Assembly (NCBI GenBank): GCA_031385045.1
Contig: JANNBC010000048.1
Span: 32,001-96,000, forward strand
Source of the DNA: a bacterium
GTDB taxonomy: Bacteria > Bdellovibrionota_C > UBA2361 > CALJRW01
DNA: 64,000 bases
Reading direction: 5' to 3'
Part shown: positions 18,289 through 28,815 of the stretch, in pieces
How the letters are laid out: each line of letters begins with the position of its first letter
How positions within the stretch are numbered: position 1 is the first letter of the stretch
Position numbers and translations under genes: made by a program
The notes under the pieces: generated by a model
What the model saw: only the letters and a program-made list of their open reading frames with translations
Database searches by the model: none
What the model was told of the DNA's origin: nothing

Positions 18289-19248
18289 CTAAATTCTTTC
18301 TAAAATTTGCTTAGCTATTCTATTTTTTAACCCCAAAGACTTTAAATGATTATTTGCTTGGTAGGCGGATACAATAGGAGTTAATAAATTAATTAAATTT
18401 TCTTCTAAATCATTTCCCAGTAAGACATGCTTTAAAGATTTACTTAGCAAAGCAGAATCAATTACAGTAGATGATTTCCAAATTGCTGCAAAAACACCAA
18501 TCTGGCTTAATTCTATAAAAGTTTCTTGGGACAAGGGTGATTCCGCAATCTTTAATAATTCTCCAGCAATACGATAGCTTTCCATGCTCTCCAAAACTTG
18601 TTCCCCTAAAGCCTGAGTCAACTGCTCTCTTGTTGCCCTTTGATAGCTACCAGAAATTAAAGTCTTATAACGAGCTGCTCTAAAAATTCGTGTGGGATCA
18701 TCCCAAAAACTTTTTGAATGTAATGTGGCGATAGTACCCTGATCAAGATCCCTGATTCCGCCATGTAGATTAATCAGGATCTGTTCTAAGCAGGCAAAGG
18801 AGCTTTTGTTTTCTAAAAACTTTAAGTAGAGTGATAGCTCTACTGCTAAAGTATTAATCGTAAAATCACGTCGCATTAGGTCACTTTCAAAGCTTCCGGA
18901 AGATATCTTTGGTAAACTTCCAGCAACTGGATAAACTTCCTGACGAAATTCGCAAAAATCAAGATTGCTCATTTGGATATCTTGCTTCCAAATAGGATTT
19001 AATTTAACTGAGGCAGTCAAGAATTCTGGATAATAGCGATATTCAGAATTTAGTTGCTTAGCTAGAGATTCTAGTAGCTCTGGTAATCGATCACTAACAC
19101 TAAAATCTAAATCGAAACTATCTACTCCTCGTAATTGATCACGAAGATAGCCTCCAACTAGATAACATTTAATTTCTAGCTGACTGGCAAGCTGAGCAAT
19201 TGTCTCTAGTAATTTAGTTCTCTTTAGAGTCTGCATGAACCTGCTCAT
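18289..19248 (-). CDS. class II tRNA nucleotidyltransferase (CCA/A-adding-like), short form
   Basis: VGGYLRD, DLD, RQEVYPVAGSLP, DLMRRDFTINTLA, DDPTRIFRAARY. Confidence 0.85.
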   Translation of the reverse strand: MSRFMQTLKRTKLLETIAQLASQLEIKCYLVGGYLRDQLRGVDSFDLDFSVSDRLPELLESLAKQLNSEYRYYPEFLTASVKLNPIWKQDIQMSNLDFCEFRQEVYPVAGSLPKISSGSFESDLMRRDFTINTLAVELSLYLKFLENKSSFACLEQILINLHGGIRDLDQGTIATLHSKSFWDDPTRIFRAARYKTLISGSYQRATREQLTQALGEQVLESMESYRIAGELLKIAESPLSQETFIELSQIGVFAAIWKSSTVIDSALLSKSLKHVLLGNDLEENLINLLTPIVSAYQANNHLKSLGLKNRIAKQILERI

Positions 19249-21916
19249 TTAGTTGATAAATTATCTCTAGTGCTTTTCTTGGCGATAACTGGTTAGGATC
19301 GATCTCTTTAATTTTCTTCTCCAAACTCTCTAAGAATGCTTTTTTAGGAAAAGCTTTCTGCAGTTCTTTCACACTTGGCTTAGCTACTTCGCTAAATAGT
19401 GTAATTTGGGAACTAGCTGACAACATCCGATTTGTTTCTACTGGAGTTGAATTGATGATCAAGGCAGCGCGTTCTAATAATTTTCTAGGTAGTCCTGCTA
19501 ATTTGGCAACTTCCAGTCCATAAGAATTATTTGCAGGGCCTGGTACGATTTCATGTGTAAATAAAACTTGTTCGTCAATATCGACAGAAGCAACTGAATA
19601 ATTACAAACTTCTGGATACTGATTAGCTAATTGAGTTAATTGATGAAAATGCGTCGCAAATAAAGTACGCGCCTTAGTCTCTATAATTAACCACTCTAAG
19701 ACTGCCTGCGCAATTGCATACCCATCAGTTGTAGAGGTTCCTCGACCTAGCTCATCAACCAAAATTAAAGATCTTTCTGTACTACTACGAATAATCTCAG
19801 AAGCCTCTTTCATCTCTAACATAAAAGTAGAGTCACCTTCCATCAAATCATCACTGGCACCAATCCGAGCAAAAATTCGATCTACTAAACCAATTTCAGC
19901 AGACTCCGCGGGAACAAAAGATCCGATTTGAGCCATAATTACAATCAACGCTGCTTGCCTGAGGTAGGTGGATTTACCGCCCATATTGGGACCAGTCAAA
20001 ATCATACAATTAGCAGCCTTGGGACTTAGAAATAAATCATTACATACAAAATCATTCTTAAGCATCTGGGAAAGGATCGGATGCCTTCCTTGTTGAATCA
20101 TAATTTGCGAATGCTCTTGCAACTTCGGTGCAACTAAATCTTCTTGTTCACTAAGGCGTGTAAAGCCAATCAGCACATCTAGCTCCGCTACTAATTGATA
20201 TACAACGCGCAGTTCCTGACTATAAAGCAAAACTTTATTTCTTAATTCTTGAAATAACTCTCGCTCTAGATTAATCAACTTACTTTCAGCACTAACTAAA
20301 TCTTCTTCTAATTTTTTTAACTCGGGCGTATAAAATCTTTCTGAGCTAACAGTACTTTGTTTACGGATAAAATGTTCAGGAACCTTATCTAAGTTAGCTT
20401 TTGTAACTTCTAGAAAATATCCTTGTAAATTATTATAGCGAATTTTTAATGAGCTAATATTCGTTTTAATCTTTTCAGCTTCTTCTAATTGCTTAATTAG
20501 TGCTTGGCCATTAGTCTTTAAATTTCTAAAATAGGTTAAATCAGGATGATAAGAATCATTAAAGATATTCCCATCATTAAATAAAACTGCTGGCTCACTT
20601 TGCAAACTTTCCACCAAAAGTGTGATCAACTTTTCAGGGATAACTAGCTCGGTCACAAAAGTATTTAAAAACCCTGCGGCTGAATCTATGTTTAAGTCTG
20701 CTGTTAAATTCTTTAACTGTTTAATAAAAAGTAAGCTATCACGCACTGAAGCTAACTCCCGAGGATTAATTACTTGCAGTTCAATTCTTGTTGCCAATCG
20801 CTCGAGGTCACTAATTTTTTCCAAAATTAGTGAGAAATTCTCGGTCTCTTGATAATGTTGTAACAACTTTGTAATTGTTGCCTGGCGATCATTTAAAATT
20901 TGTAAATTACAACTTGGTGCCAGAACCCAGCGCTTTAACTGCCGTTGCCCACCAGCAGTCTTTGTTTGATCTAAATAATTTAAGAGACTCCCCTCTTGAT
21001 TGCCCGTTCTTTGGTTAGTAATTAAATCTAAGTTATTCCGTGTGCTAGCATCGATTAATAAAGTTTTAACTTCCTGCTCACGAATAACCTTCTGGATTGG
21101 AATCATCTGGTCTACAGTCACTTCGTCCAAATAATTAATCAATAAGCGACAAGCACTTTTACTACTTGGATCTAACAAACTATATCCGGGGATCGCATTA
21201 ATATCCCGACTAGATTGCTCCCACTTGGAGTTTTGATCGGCACGAGAACGTAAAATTAAATTAGAGTTCCGCCGTTCTAACTCACGAATCATTGTCAAAC
21301 GGCGATCGACAGATTTACCTTCAATATTTTTTGGAAGAATTAATTCCTTAGGTAGTAACTGAGAGAATTTTAAAAGCAAACTTTCCCTGTCTAGATTATC
21401 AAAGATTCCGATACAGCCGCTAGCTGGATAGCAATAAGCCAGTGAAAAATTAAACTTATCTGTGGATTCTAATTCGGACCGAAAATCAAAATATAAGGAG
21501 GCTATAATTTGATCATTTTGCGAATTAGCATTCCCTAAAAGCTGAATCCCTGGTGTGATAATTCTTTCTAATTTTCTTTGTACTGGTCCCTTCCCAGTTG
21601 GGCCAACCTGACTAACGATGGCAACGGCTAAATCTTGATCGATTAAACGTGAAGCATAATTATCAACTACTGATAGTGGTACCCCACACATTGGGATCGG
21701 ATTATCGGAATTTTTATCACGACTGGTGAGCGTCAGATTTAGTCGCTTGGAAATAGTTACGGCATCTTCAAAGAAGGCTTCATAGAAATCACCGACTTGA
21801 ATTAGAATTAAACAATCTGGATATTGTTTTTTATACTCCAAATATTGCTGGAGCATGGGAGGAAGATTTTGGTAGGGACTGGAGCTTTCGGACTGAGAAC
21901 TGCTAAGATCAGACAC
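19214..21916 (-). CDS. mutS: DNA mismatch repair protein MutS
   Basis: PMLQQY, GDFYEAF, TGPNMGGKSTY, DELGRGTST, FATHFHQL, and a C-terminal QITLF clamp motif. Confidence 0.97.
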   Translation of the reverse strand: MSDLSSSQSESSSPYQNLPPMLQQYLEYKKQYPDCLILIQVGDFYEAFFEDAVTISKRLNLTLTSRDKNSDNPIPMCGVPLSVVDNYASRLIDQDLAVAIVSQVGPTGKGPVQRKLERIITPGIQLLGNANSQNDQIIASLYFDFRSELESTDKFNFSLAYCYPASGCIGIFDNLDRESLLLKFSQLLPKELILPKNIEGKSVDRRLTMIRELERRNSNLILRSRADQNSKWEQSSRDINAIPGYSLLDPSSKSACRLLINYLDEVTVDQMIPIQKVIREQEVKTLLIDASTRNNLDLITNQRTGNQEGSLLNYLDQTKTAGGQRQLKRWVLAPSCNLQILNDRQATITKLLQHYQETENFSLILEKISDLERLATRIELQVINPRELASVRDSLLFIKQLKNLTADLNIDSAAGFLNTFVTELVIPEKLITLLVESLQSEPAVLFNDGNIFNDSYHPDLTYFRNLKTNGQALIKQLEEAEKIKTNISSLKIRYNNLQGYFLEVTKANLDKVPEHFIRKQSTVSSERFYTPELKKLEEDLVSAESKLINLERELFQELRNKVLLYSQELRVVYQLVAELDVLIGFTRLSEQEDLVAPKLQEHSQIMIQQGRHPILSQMLKNDFVCNDLFLSPKAANCMILTGPNMGGKSTYLRQAALIVIMAQIGSFVPAESAEIGLVDRIFARIGASDDLMEGDSTFMLEMKEASEIIRSSTERSLILVDELGRGTSTTDGYAIAQAVLEWLIIETKARTLFATHFHQLTQLANQYPEVCNYSVASVDIDEQVLFTHEIVPGPANNSYGLEVAKLAGLPRKLLERAALIINSTPVETNRMLSASSQITLFSEVAKPSVKELQKAFPKKAFLESLEKKIKEIDPNQLSPRKALEIIYQLNEQVHADSKEN

Positions 21917-21931
21917 TATTGTAACTCCATA

Positions 21932-21971
21932 ATTGAAAAGAGAGTTTGATGGCCTAAGCCATCAAACTCTC
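21932..21971 (-). terminator. intrinsic terminator after rpsA
   Basis: Perfect 14-bp stem GAGAGTTTGATGGC/GCCATCAAACTCTC (21940-21971), followed by TTTTCAATT on the minus strand. Confidence 0.8.
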
Positions 21972-21986
21972 CATTTGCGATTAAGA

Positions 21987-23693
21987 CTACTCGCTTAGTT
22001 TTTGTTGTAACAAATCACCAAGAGTTGGTCCTGCCATATCATCATTGAAATTAGCTAATGCTTCATCGCGATCTTTTTGTTTAGAAGCACGAATACTTAA
22101 GCCAATGCGACGCTCAGAAGAATCCTGATCAACGCTGATTACCATACATTCGATATCTTTACCGATAGCAAACGTTTCATTGATGTCGTTACGCTTACTC
22201 ATTCCAAGTTCTGATTTATGAATCATCCCTTGAACACTTTCTTCTAACTGAACAAATACTCCATATTCAGCAACACCAGCAATCTGACCTTTAACTTTAG
22301 TTCCAACTGGGTATCTCTGAATGATCTGTGGCCATGGATCTTCGCTTAATTGCTTGATACCAAGACTTAATCTTTCATCTTGTTTATTGATATCTAAGAT
22401 AATTGCTTCAACATCTTTACCTTTCTTGAAAGTATTCTTCAGATCGTTAGCATCCTTAAATTTCTCTAACCAAGAGATATCACTTAAGTGAACTAAGCCA
22501 TCAATTCCCTCTTCCACACCAACGAATAATCCGAAGTCTGTGATTGAGCGAACTTTTCCAGTAATCTTAGTTCCGACTGGAAATCTTTCATGAAGAGTAT
22601 CCCATGGATTTGTTCCAAGATGTTTCAAGCTTAAGCTAATCTTACGCTCTGGAATATCAACATTAGTGATCATCGTTTCGATCTCTTGTCCTTTAGTATA
22701 AGACTTACCTAAAGACTTAGTACGTTTAGTCCAGCTGATGTCATCAACATGTAAGAAGCCATCAATTCCATCACGTAATTCAACATGAATTCCGAAATCG
22801 GCAATTGAAACAATCTTACCAGAAACTTTCTGACCTTGAGCGTAGATTCCATCAACTTTCTCCCATGGATCATCAGTTAACTGCTTCATACCAAGGCTGA
22901 CTCTTTCTTTCTCTTCGTCGTAAGAAACAACTACCACAGCAACCTTCTGCCCAACTGATAATCGATCAGAAGGGTGATCGATATGAGACCAAGTAATATC
23001 TGTAATATGCAACAAGCCATCAATACCACCTAAATCTACGAACGCGCCGTAATCAGTAATATTTTTAACTGTTCCTTCTAAGATTACACCTTCACCTAAA
23101 GCTTTAAGAGTTTCAGTTCTTAACTCTTCACGTTCAGAAAGAAGTAATGTCCGCCTGGATACAACAATATTGCCTTTTTCTTTAGTGATCTTTAAAACTT
23201 TAAAGTCGTAAAGGTTACCAATAAAACGGTCTAAAGTTTTGTGAGGCTTAATATCTACTTGAGAACCAGGTAAGAAAGCTGGGATTCCGATATCCACTTG
23301 TAATCCACCCTTAACTTTATGCTGAACACGTCCTGTTACAACACCACCATTCTCAAATTTATCTTCTACATCTTTCCAGATACGAATCTGCTTAGCTCTT
23401 TCATGAGACAAGATGATTTGGTTATGCTCATTTTCTAGAGCAACGATAAAAACTTCAACATAGTCACCGACTGTGCAAGTAAGTTTTTCTTCTAAATTAT
23501 AAAATTCTTCTTTAGGGACAACTCCGATTGATTTGTAGTTAACGTCAACGTGAACAAATTCTTTGTCCAACATTACAACTTTTCCCATGACGATTCTTGA
23601 AGGTCGAATTGCTTCGATCGCTTTAGATATCTGATTATCAAAAGCATCAGCAAATGTGCGAGAGGCTCCCGCAGCGTTAGAATTATTTTCCAT
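21987..23693 (-). CDS. rpsA: 30S ribosomal protein S1
   Basis: Six S1 repeats (e.g. YGAFVDLGGIDGLLHITD); downstream of cmk. Confidence 0.97.
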   Translation of the reverse strand: MENNSNAAGASRTFADAFDNQISKAIEAIRPSRIVMGKVVMLDKEFVHVDVNYKSIGVVPKEEFYNLEEKLTCTVGDYVEVFIVALENEHNQIILSHERAKQIRIWKDVEDKFENGGVVTGRVQHKVKGGLQVDIGIPAFLPGSQVDIKPHKTLDRFIGNLYDFKVLKITKEKGNIVVSRRTLLLSEREELRTETLKALGEGVILEGTVKNITDYGAFVDLGGIDGLLHITDITWSHIDHPSDRLSVGQKVAVVVVSYDEEKERVSLGMKQLTDDPWEKVDGIYAQGQKVSGKIVSIADFGIHVELRDGIDGFLHVDDISWTKRTKSLGKSYTKGQEIETMITNVDIPERKISLSLKHLGTNPWDTLHERFPVGTKITGKVRSITDFGLFVGVEEGIDGLVHLSDISWLEKFKDANDLKNTFKKGKDVEAIILDINKQDERLSLGIKQLSEDPWPQIIQRYPVGTKVKGQIAGVAEYGVFVQLEESVQGMIHKSELGMSKRNDINETFAIGKDIECMVISVDQDSSERRIGLSIRASKQKDRDEALANFNDDMAGPTLGDLLQQKLSE

Positions 23694-23858
23694 ATTTCTT
23701 TAAAGTTTAAAACGGCGACATGCCAATCCATCCAATGCCAATTCTAAATTACAATGATTAAACCCAAGACTTAGGTCGCTAATTGAATTTTAAACAAAAC
23801 TATTTGGACAAACGCTCAAAACTGAAACCTGCTGATGTTTTTGGGCACAGCTACAATC

Positions 23859-24569
23859 TCATTTACACAGGTTTTGAGTTGCGTAATTATACACGTAATT
23901 AACCACTTCAGTCAACGTTTGCTGGGAGTTATCGATGATTAGTGCTCCAACTGCTGGAATAGTTGGGGCAACATCCCTGGTAGTATCCCGATGATTCCGC
24001 TCTTCAATTTCAATTTTCAACTGTTTTTTAAGCAATTCTGGGTCACTTTCTGCGGCATCAGGATTATTTTTTAAAATCTGGTTTAGGCGTCTTTCTACTA
24101 AAATCTCTGGAGAACAGGTTAAAAAAACCTTTAATTCCGCATCTGGAAAGATAATTGTTCCCATATCCCTCCCTTCGGCAATTAGATTCTCCCCAACGAA
24201 GGCATTTTTCTGCATATCTAATAAATAGTCCCGAATTAACTGATGTAGCGCCAAAGAAGATGTCGCCTCGGAAACTTCTGGCTGAAGAGCTGCCATGGTC
24301 ACATTCTCTCCATTAAGAATTAACTTATTATTCAGATCCTCAGTCGGCTCTAATTTAATTTCTGTATTTTTTAAAATCGGCAATAAGTCTTCCGGGCGAT
24401 CAAAAGAAACCTGATTCTTTAGTGCTAAGTAACCAACCGCTCGATAAAGTAATCCAGAACTTAAATAACGATAGTCTAACCTCTTAGCCAATTCTCTAGA
24501 GACCGCAGTTTTTCCACTTCCAGCTAGGCCATCAATTGTAATCACAATGCGCGATTGTCGTGTCGACAT
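23859..24569 (-). CDS. cmk: cytidylate kinase
   Basis: ITIDGLAGSGK, SGLLYRAV, EGRDMGTIIFPDA. Confidence 0.95.
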   Translation of the reverse strand: MSTRQSRIVITIDGLAGSGKTAVSRELAKRLDYRYLSSGLLYRAVGYLALKNQVSFDRPEDLLPILKNTEIKLEPTEDLNNKLILNGENVTMAALQPEVSEATSSLALHQLIRDYLLDMQKNAFVGENLIAEGRDMGTIIFPDAELKVFLTCSPEILVERRLNQILKNNPDAAESDPELLKKQLKIEIEERNHRDTTRDVAPTIPAVGALIIDNSQQTLTEVVNYVYNYATQNLCK

Positions 24570-24609
24570 ATTTTTGGATAATTTTTAAAAGTTAGTCTAT
24601 ATTGGCTCA

Positions 24610-25254
24610 GTGAACAGTATAATTCAAGTTTTAAAAGATCAAGGCAAAGGCCGGGCCTTCTGCTTTATTCAAGAAGAAAAGTCCTCCGGCGAATTTTCTC
24701 TAGAACAATTAGAAAGTTGTTTTGTCAGCAACTCGCGAATCCTAGTAATCCAAACACCGATTGTCTCCGATGATAATTGGCTTTTAATTTCAGAGCAGAT
24801 CCTTAAAACTCTGGAAGAAATGGGGATTCGCCAAGTTTCCTTTGTTGGCTTAGGAGCGACAACTAGCCTGTGTCAACATATCGCACTGATCAACAACAAG
24901 CTAACCAGATCGCTTGTATTGATTAATCCAATGACTAGACCAAACCCTACTCGCTTCCAAAAAATTGTAGATCGAGTTGAGAACTTTCTCCCTTTAGGAT
25001 TACCACTACGTCAGAAAACTAAAAACTTTGATAGTAAACCATTTTTACAAAGGCTACGTTCTCCTCTTTTAATCTTAACCACCAATGACGTAGATCATTA
25101 CACTACTCAGGAATCTCAATTAATGTTAAAGCGCGTGCCAACATCTTGGCATGTTCAACTTAATAATGAACAACCAGAGAAAAAAGCATCTGACTTAATT
25201 AATGAGTTTGAGAATGTTCCCGTTAAATGTCCACAGAAAAATCTGACAAAATAA
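24610..25254 (+). CDS. degenerate alpha/beta-hydrolase-fold protein
   Basis: VSFVGLGATTSL...RSLVLINP and PLLIL follow the hydrolase pattern, but the GxSxG Ser is replaced. Confidence 0.55.
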   Translation: MNSIIQVLKDQGKGRAFCFIQEEKSSGEFSLEQLESCFVSNSRILVIQTPIVSDDNWLLISEQILKTLEEMGIRQVSFVGLGATTSLCQHIALINNKLTRSLVLINPMTRPNPTRFQKIVDRVENFLPLGLPLRQKTKNFDSKPFLQRLRSPLLILTTNDVDHYTTQESQLMLKRVPTSWHVQLNNEQPEKKASDLINEFENVPVKCPQKNLTK

Positions 25255-25445
25255 CTTCGAGTAGCAAAAACCTTAGACTTTATTTTAAACACCGCTCTTG
25301 ATCCGCTTCTAGAATTCAACATAGCACTTTTACTTAATCAAACTTTTAGGATGGAATAGGAATAGAACTAAATATAGATTTGATTAAAGACTTAAAAAAG
25401 ATCTGAGATTAAAGATCTACAATTATTAATTTTTAGAATTATACA

Positions 25446-25874
25446 CTAATTAAATAAGCTAAATTTTCTGGTTAGCTCCTTGACCAATAAAGTATCGCCA
25501 AAGAAACAAACTCCATAGTATTCTAGTTCCAGCTCAGACGTCATTTTAGTGGCTTGTAATTGCTCGGCGGAAGTACCTAGTATCATTGTCGATACAAAAT
25601 CTGTATAGGCTAGACCCTTGCTCAATACTTCATTCCTTAAAGATCTTAGCTTACTAGAATTATCGGCTCTTAAAACAATAAATGGATAATGTGAAATATT
25701 TGGATGCTTTGTTTGATTTAAATCTTGATATTCTAAAAAACATAAGTCTTCTAAAGGTAATCCCGAAACTAAGCCAGCAGTCATATGGCCTAATGCATTC
25801 AAAAGACGACCAATTTCAATTTGCTTATTGAGAACTGCAACAAAGCGTTTTTCATTTTCATCTGGTAAATGCAT
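25446..25874 (-). CDS. DUF2000-family protein (PTH2-like fold)
   Basis: G..LNALGHM, Y.D....HP.IS.YP..VL, LEYYGVCFFG...VKELTRKFSL pattern. Confidence 0.75.
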   Translation of the reverse strand: MHLPDENEKRFVAVLNKQIEIGRLLNALGHMTAGLVSGLPLEDLCFLEYQDLNQTKHPNISHYPFIVLRADNSSKLRSLRNEVLSKGLAYTDFVSTMILGTSAEQLQATKMTSELELEYYGVCFFGDTLLVKELTRKFSLFN

Positions 25875-25946
25875 AGTACACCCAAGTCAAAAGACTCAAT
25901 AAACAATTTTTGAAAAAATAACAGATTTACACTAGATTACCAAGAC

Positions 25947-26789
25947 GTGTCTAAGATAACTAAACTCCACTCAACTAACGATAGCCTAAGCAAAGATTTG
26001 GTGCTTACTCCAATTGGTTATATTCATACCACTATGCAAGCTAAGTTTGATGCACCACATCAACCCAGTGGATCTGAGAAAGAGATTAGTGTGATCGAAT
26101 TAATTGCTGACAGTCGATTAGAAGTAGCCCTCACTGACTTAGAAAGCTTTAGTCATATTTGGCTAATTTGGTGGTTTCATCGAAACCCTAACTGGAGAGC
26201 TAAAGTTCTTCCACCCCGAGGCCCAGAAAAAAGACGTGGTTTATTTGCTACCCGTTCACCGCACCGACCAAATCCAATCGGAATGACTGCTGTGCAGTTA
26301 CTGAAAATTGAAAAAAATAAAATCTATATTGGAAGCCATGATCTAGTTGATGGCACTCCAATCCTTGATCTAAAACCATATCTACCAAAAGTAGATTCAT
26401 TTCCTCAGGCTAATAGTGGATGGATTGGTCAAATAGAAGCAGAGTTAGAGAAAAGCCCCAAGTATCAAATTGCATTTTCAGAACTAGCAAAGAAACAACT
26501 CCAATGGTTTGAATCTCAGGGAATTAATTTTATTGACCGAGCTTGCGAACTCTTAAGGATTGACCCTTCCCCACATCGCACTCGACGGATTAAGAAACAA
26601 CCGAACAATAAATTTCGAATGGGCTGTGGAGGATGGAGATTAATTTTTGTTATTCAGGACAATCAAATTTTAGTTGAGAAGTTCTATTCTGGTTATCCCA
26701 AAAGTAGTTTAAAAAAAGAAAGTGAATCCTTAATCCTCAACTACAATTCGCAAGTTGCCTTTTATGACATCTGGGAGAATGAAGAATAA
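25947..26789 (+). CDS. trmO: tRNA (t6A37) N6-methyltransferase TrmO/TsaA
   Basis: FSHIWLIWWFH, GLFATRSPHRPNPIG, DLVDGTPILDLKPY. Confidence 0.92.
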   Translation: MSKITKLHSTNDSLSKDLVLTPIGYIHTTMQAKFDAPHQPSGSEKEISVIELIADSRLEVALTDLESFSHIWLIWWFHRNPNWRAKVLPPRGPEKRRGLFATRSPHRPNPIGMTAVQLLKIEKNKIYIGSHDLVDGTPILDLKPYLPKVDSFPQANSGWIGQIEAELEKSPKYQIAFSELAKKQLQWFESQGINFIDRACELLRIDPSPHRTRRIKKQPNNKFRMGCGGWRLIFVIQDNQILVEKFYSGYPKSSLKKESESLILNYNSQVAFYDIWENEE

Positions 26790-26858
26790 CCGAATTGCTC
26801 CTTTGCTGTTCATCCGTGATTGTGTATCCTCACACAGTAATTTCCAAAAAATATCAGA

Positions 26859-28811
26859 ATGCCTATCGCTCGATTAAAAAGATATACTAAAAAGACCTTC
26901 AAATTAGTTCTTTCTTTAATACTCTTAACTTTTATCTTACTGGAAATAATCTACCTACTACTTTCTAGCTCTAGCTTTATCACCAAGTTGGCTTTTCCAG
27001 AGATTAGCAAAAGAAGCGGAATAAAAATTACCGCTGAGGAACTAAACCTGAAAATATTTTCAGGAATCAATGCCAAAAAAGTCCATATTATTTTCCCAAG
27101 CGGCTTAGAAATAGAAGCCCAACAAGTTGATTTAAGTTTTATTTTCAAAAAACTATTTGAGGATACCTTCCACCTAAATAATTTAACTGTTTCAGGCTTA
27201 AAGTTTAATGACCCTAAAATTGGCTCAGCTATTGCGGATCTACAAGTTTCTGGAAGCTATCTTTTTACTGAGGAACAAATAAAAGTTGAGCTAGCAGGAG
27301 AATTAGAAACTTTATACTTAAACGATCAACCAAGCCTAAACTTTAATCACCCGGCCAAGCTAAATTTGAACTTAGATATTGATCCTAAAACTTTAAAAAC
27401 TATTTTAATTAAAACAAAAATTGAGAATTTAGATCTTACAGATTCAGAGATTGGTAGTAGTCAAGCAACTATTGAATTTAGCGGAAGCTACTCTACGGCA
27501 AATGGCGACTGCAAGGGCGAGCTAAAATCCGACTTCCAAAAACTAGCAGTTAATTATTTTCCGAAGCTGCTTTTAAAAAAAGATAGTAGTTTTTCTACCG
27601 ACTTTGAATACACTAAGAAAAATCTTAATCTAAAAAAATTTACAATTAAGCTTCAACCAGAAGACCAAGAGCTACTCAAGATCAACGGCCAAGGGATTAT
27701 CAATCTTCCTAAAAATGATTACGATTTAAAGGTAGATTTACAGACTAAATCTATCGAACTACAAAAACTCTTGGCGTTATTTGACCCAGTAGCTAAGACT
27801 AATGCAACAAACAATAAAAACTCAGCAAAAAAACAGCAAAGCAACTCTCCGCCCTTAAAATTAGCTATTCAATATCAAATTGAAACAGATCGATTTGCTT
27901 ATTTAGGACATGCCCTACAAGCAGCTAAAGCAACTGGTGCTTTTTTAATGCCAAAAAGCCAAAGACCTGAACTTGCTAGTTTGCCCGGAGATTTGTCATA
28001 TCAATTTATTATTTCTGCTAATCAATTAGATACCTATGGTTTAAAGCTCACAAAGCTTCAGACCAAGGGTTTTGGATCAGATCAACAATTAAAAATAGAA
28101 GCATTAAATTTTCTTCAAGGGGAAAAGGCCTCAGTCGATACTAACGGAACACTGGAATTTACTAATAAAAAGTTTACCTTGTACCTAGCACTGAAGGATT
28201 TACAATTAGAGTCTATCCTTCCAGCGCTTTGTGGAGAAAAATGTCAGGCAATTAAAGGAAAGATTCCTTTAGCTAAACTAGCCTTACAAGGGACTGCTAG
28301 TGGAGAAGAATTTAGCAATTCTCTGACTGGTACTGTAGCAATGACTGGTGATAATGTTTTTTTACCAGCAAGATTTCAAGACATTCCACCAGTAAATTTA
28401 ATCTTTCTTCCTTATTCAATTGTCTCTGAAATTAGTAGCCTAACAATTGTTCATCTGCTCCCAGCAGGCTTGCTGAATATTAGCTCAAAGGCAGACAATG
28501 CACTTAGTGAATCAGGACGAATTAAAATTAATGATTTTAATCTTCAAGTATTAATTAATCAGGAAGCCTACGATCTACAAACAGCAGACTTTCATATGAA
28601 CCTAGTTCCTAGTGCAAATTTTAGTGGTAGTATTTATAAAAATAAGCGTTTAAATATTGAACTTGGAATGTGGTTACTTGGTATTCAAATTAGAATCCCT
28701 GTTGGCGGAACAGTATCATTACCCCTACCGCAGCTCTATAAGTTGCCAATTACCCTAGTTAAAGGTTTAGGCTTATCTGTGCTAGACTTAATTCCTGGGC
28801 AAAATAATTAA
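26859..28811 (+). CDS. AsmA-like envelope protein
   Basis: N-terminal TM anchor, long beta-rich body, C-terminal IPVGGTVSLP; adjacent to the Mla operon. Confidence 0.65.
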   Translation: MPIARLKRYTKKTFKLVLSLILLTFILLEIIYLLLSSSSFITKLAFPEISKRSGIKITAEELNLKIFSGINAKKVHIIFPSGLEIEAQQVDLSFIFKKLFEDTFHLNNLTVSGLKFNDPKIGSAIADLQVSGSYLFTEEQIKVELAGELETLYLNDQPSLNFNHPAKLNLNLDIDPKTLKTILIKTKIENLDLTDSEIGSSQATIEFSGSYSTANGDCKGELKSDFQKLAVNYFPKLLLKKDSSFSTDFEYTKKNLNLKKFTIKLQPEDQELLKINGQGIINLPKNDYDLKVDLQTKSIELQKLLALFDPVAKTNATNNKNSAKKQQSNSPPLKLAIQYQIETDRFAYLGHALQAAKATGAFLMPKSQRPELASLPGDLSYQFIISANQLDTYGLKLTKLQTKGFGSDQQLKIEALNFLQGEKASVDTNGTLEFTNKKFTLYLALKDLQLESILPALCGEKCQAIKGKIPLAKLALQGTASGEEFSNSLTGTVAMTGDNVFLPARFQDIPPVNLIFLPYSIVSEISSLTIVHLLPAGLLNISSKADNALSESGRIKINDFNLQVLINQEAYDLQTADFHMNLVPSANFSGSIYKNKRLNIELGMWLLGIQIRIPVGGTVSLPLPQLYKLPITLVKGLGLSVLDLIPGQNN

Positions 28812-28815
28812 AGCT

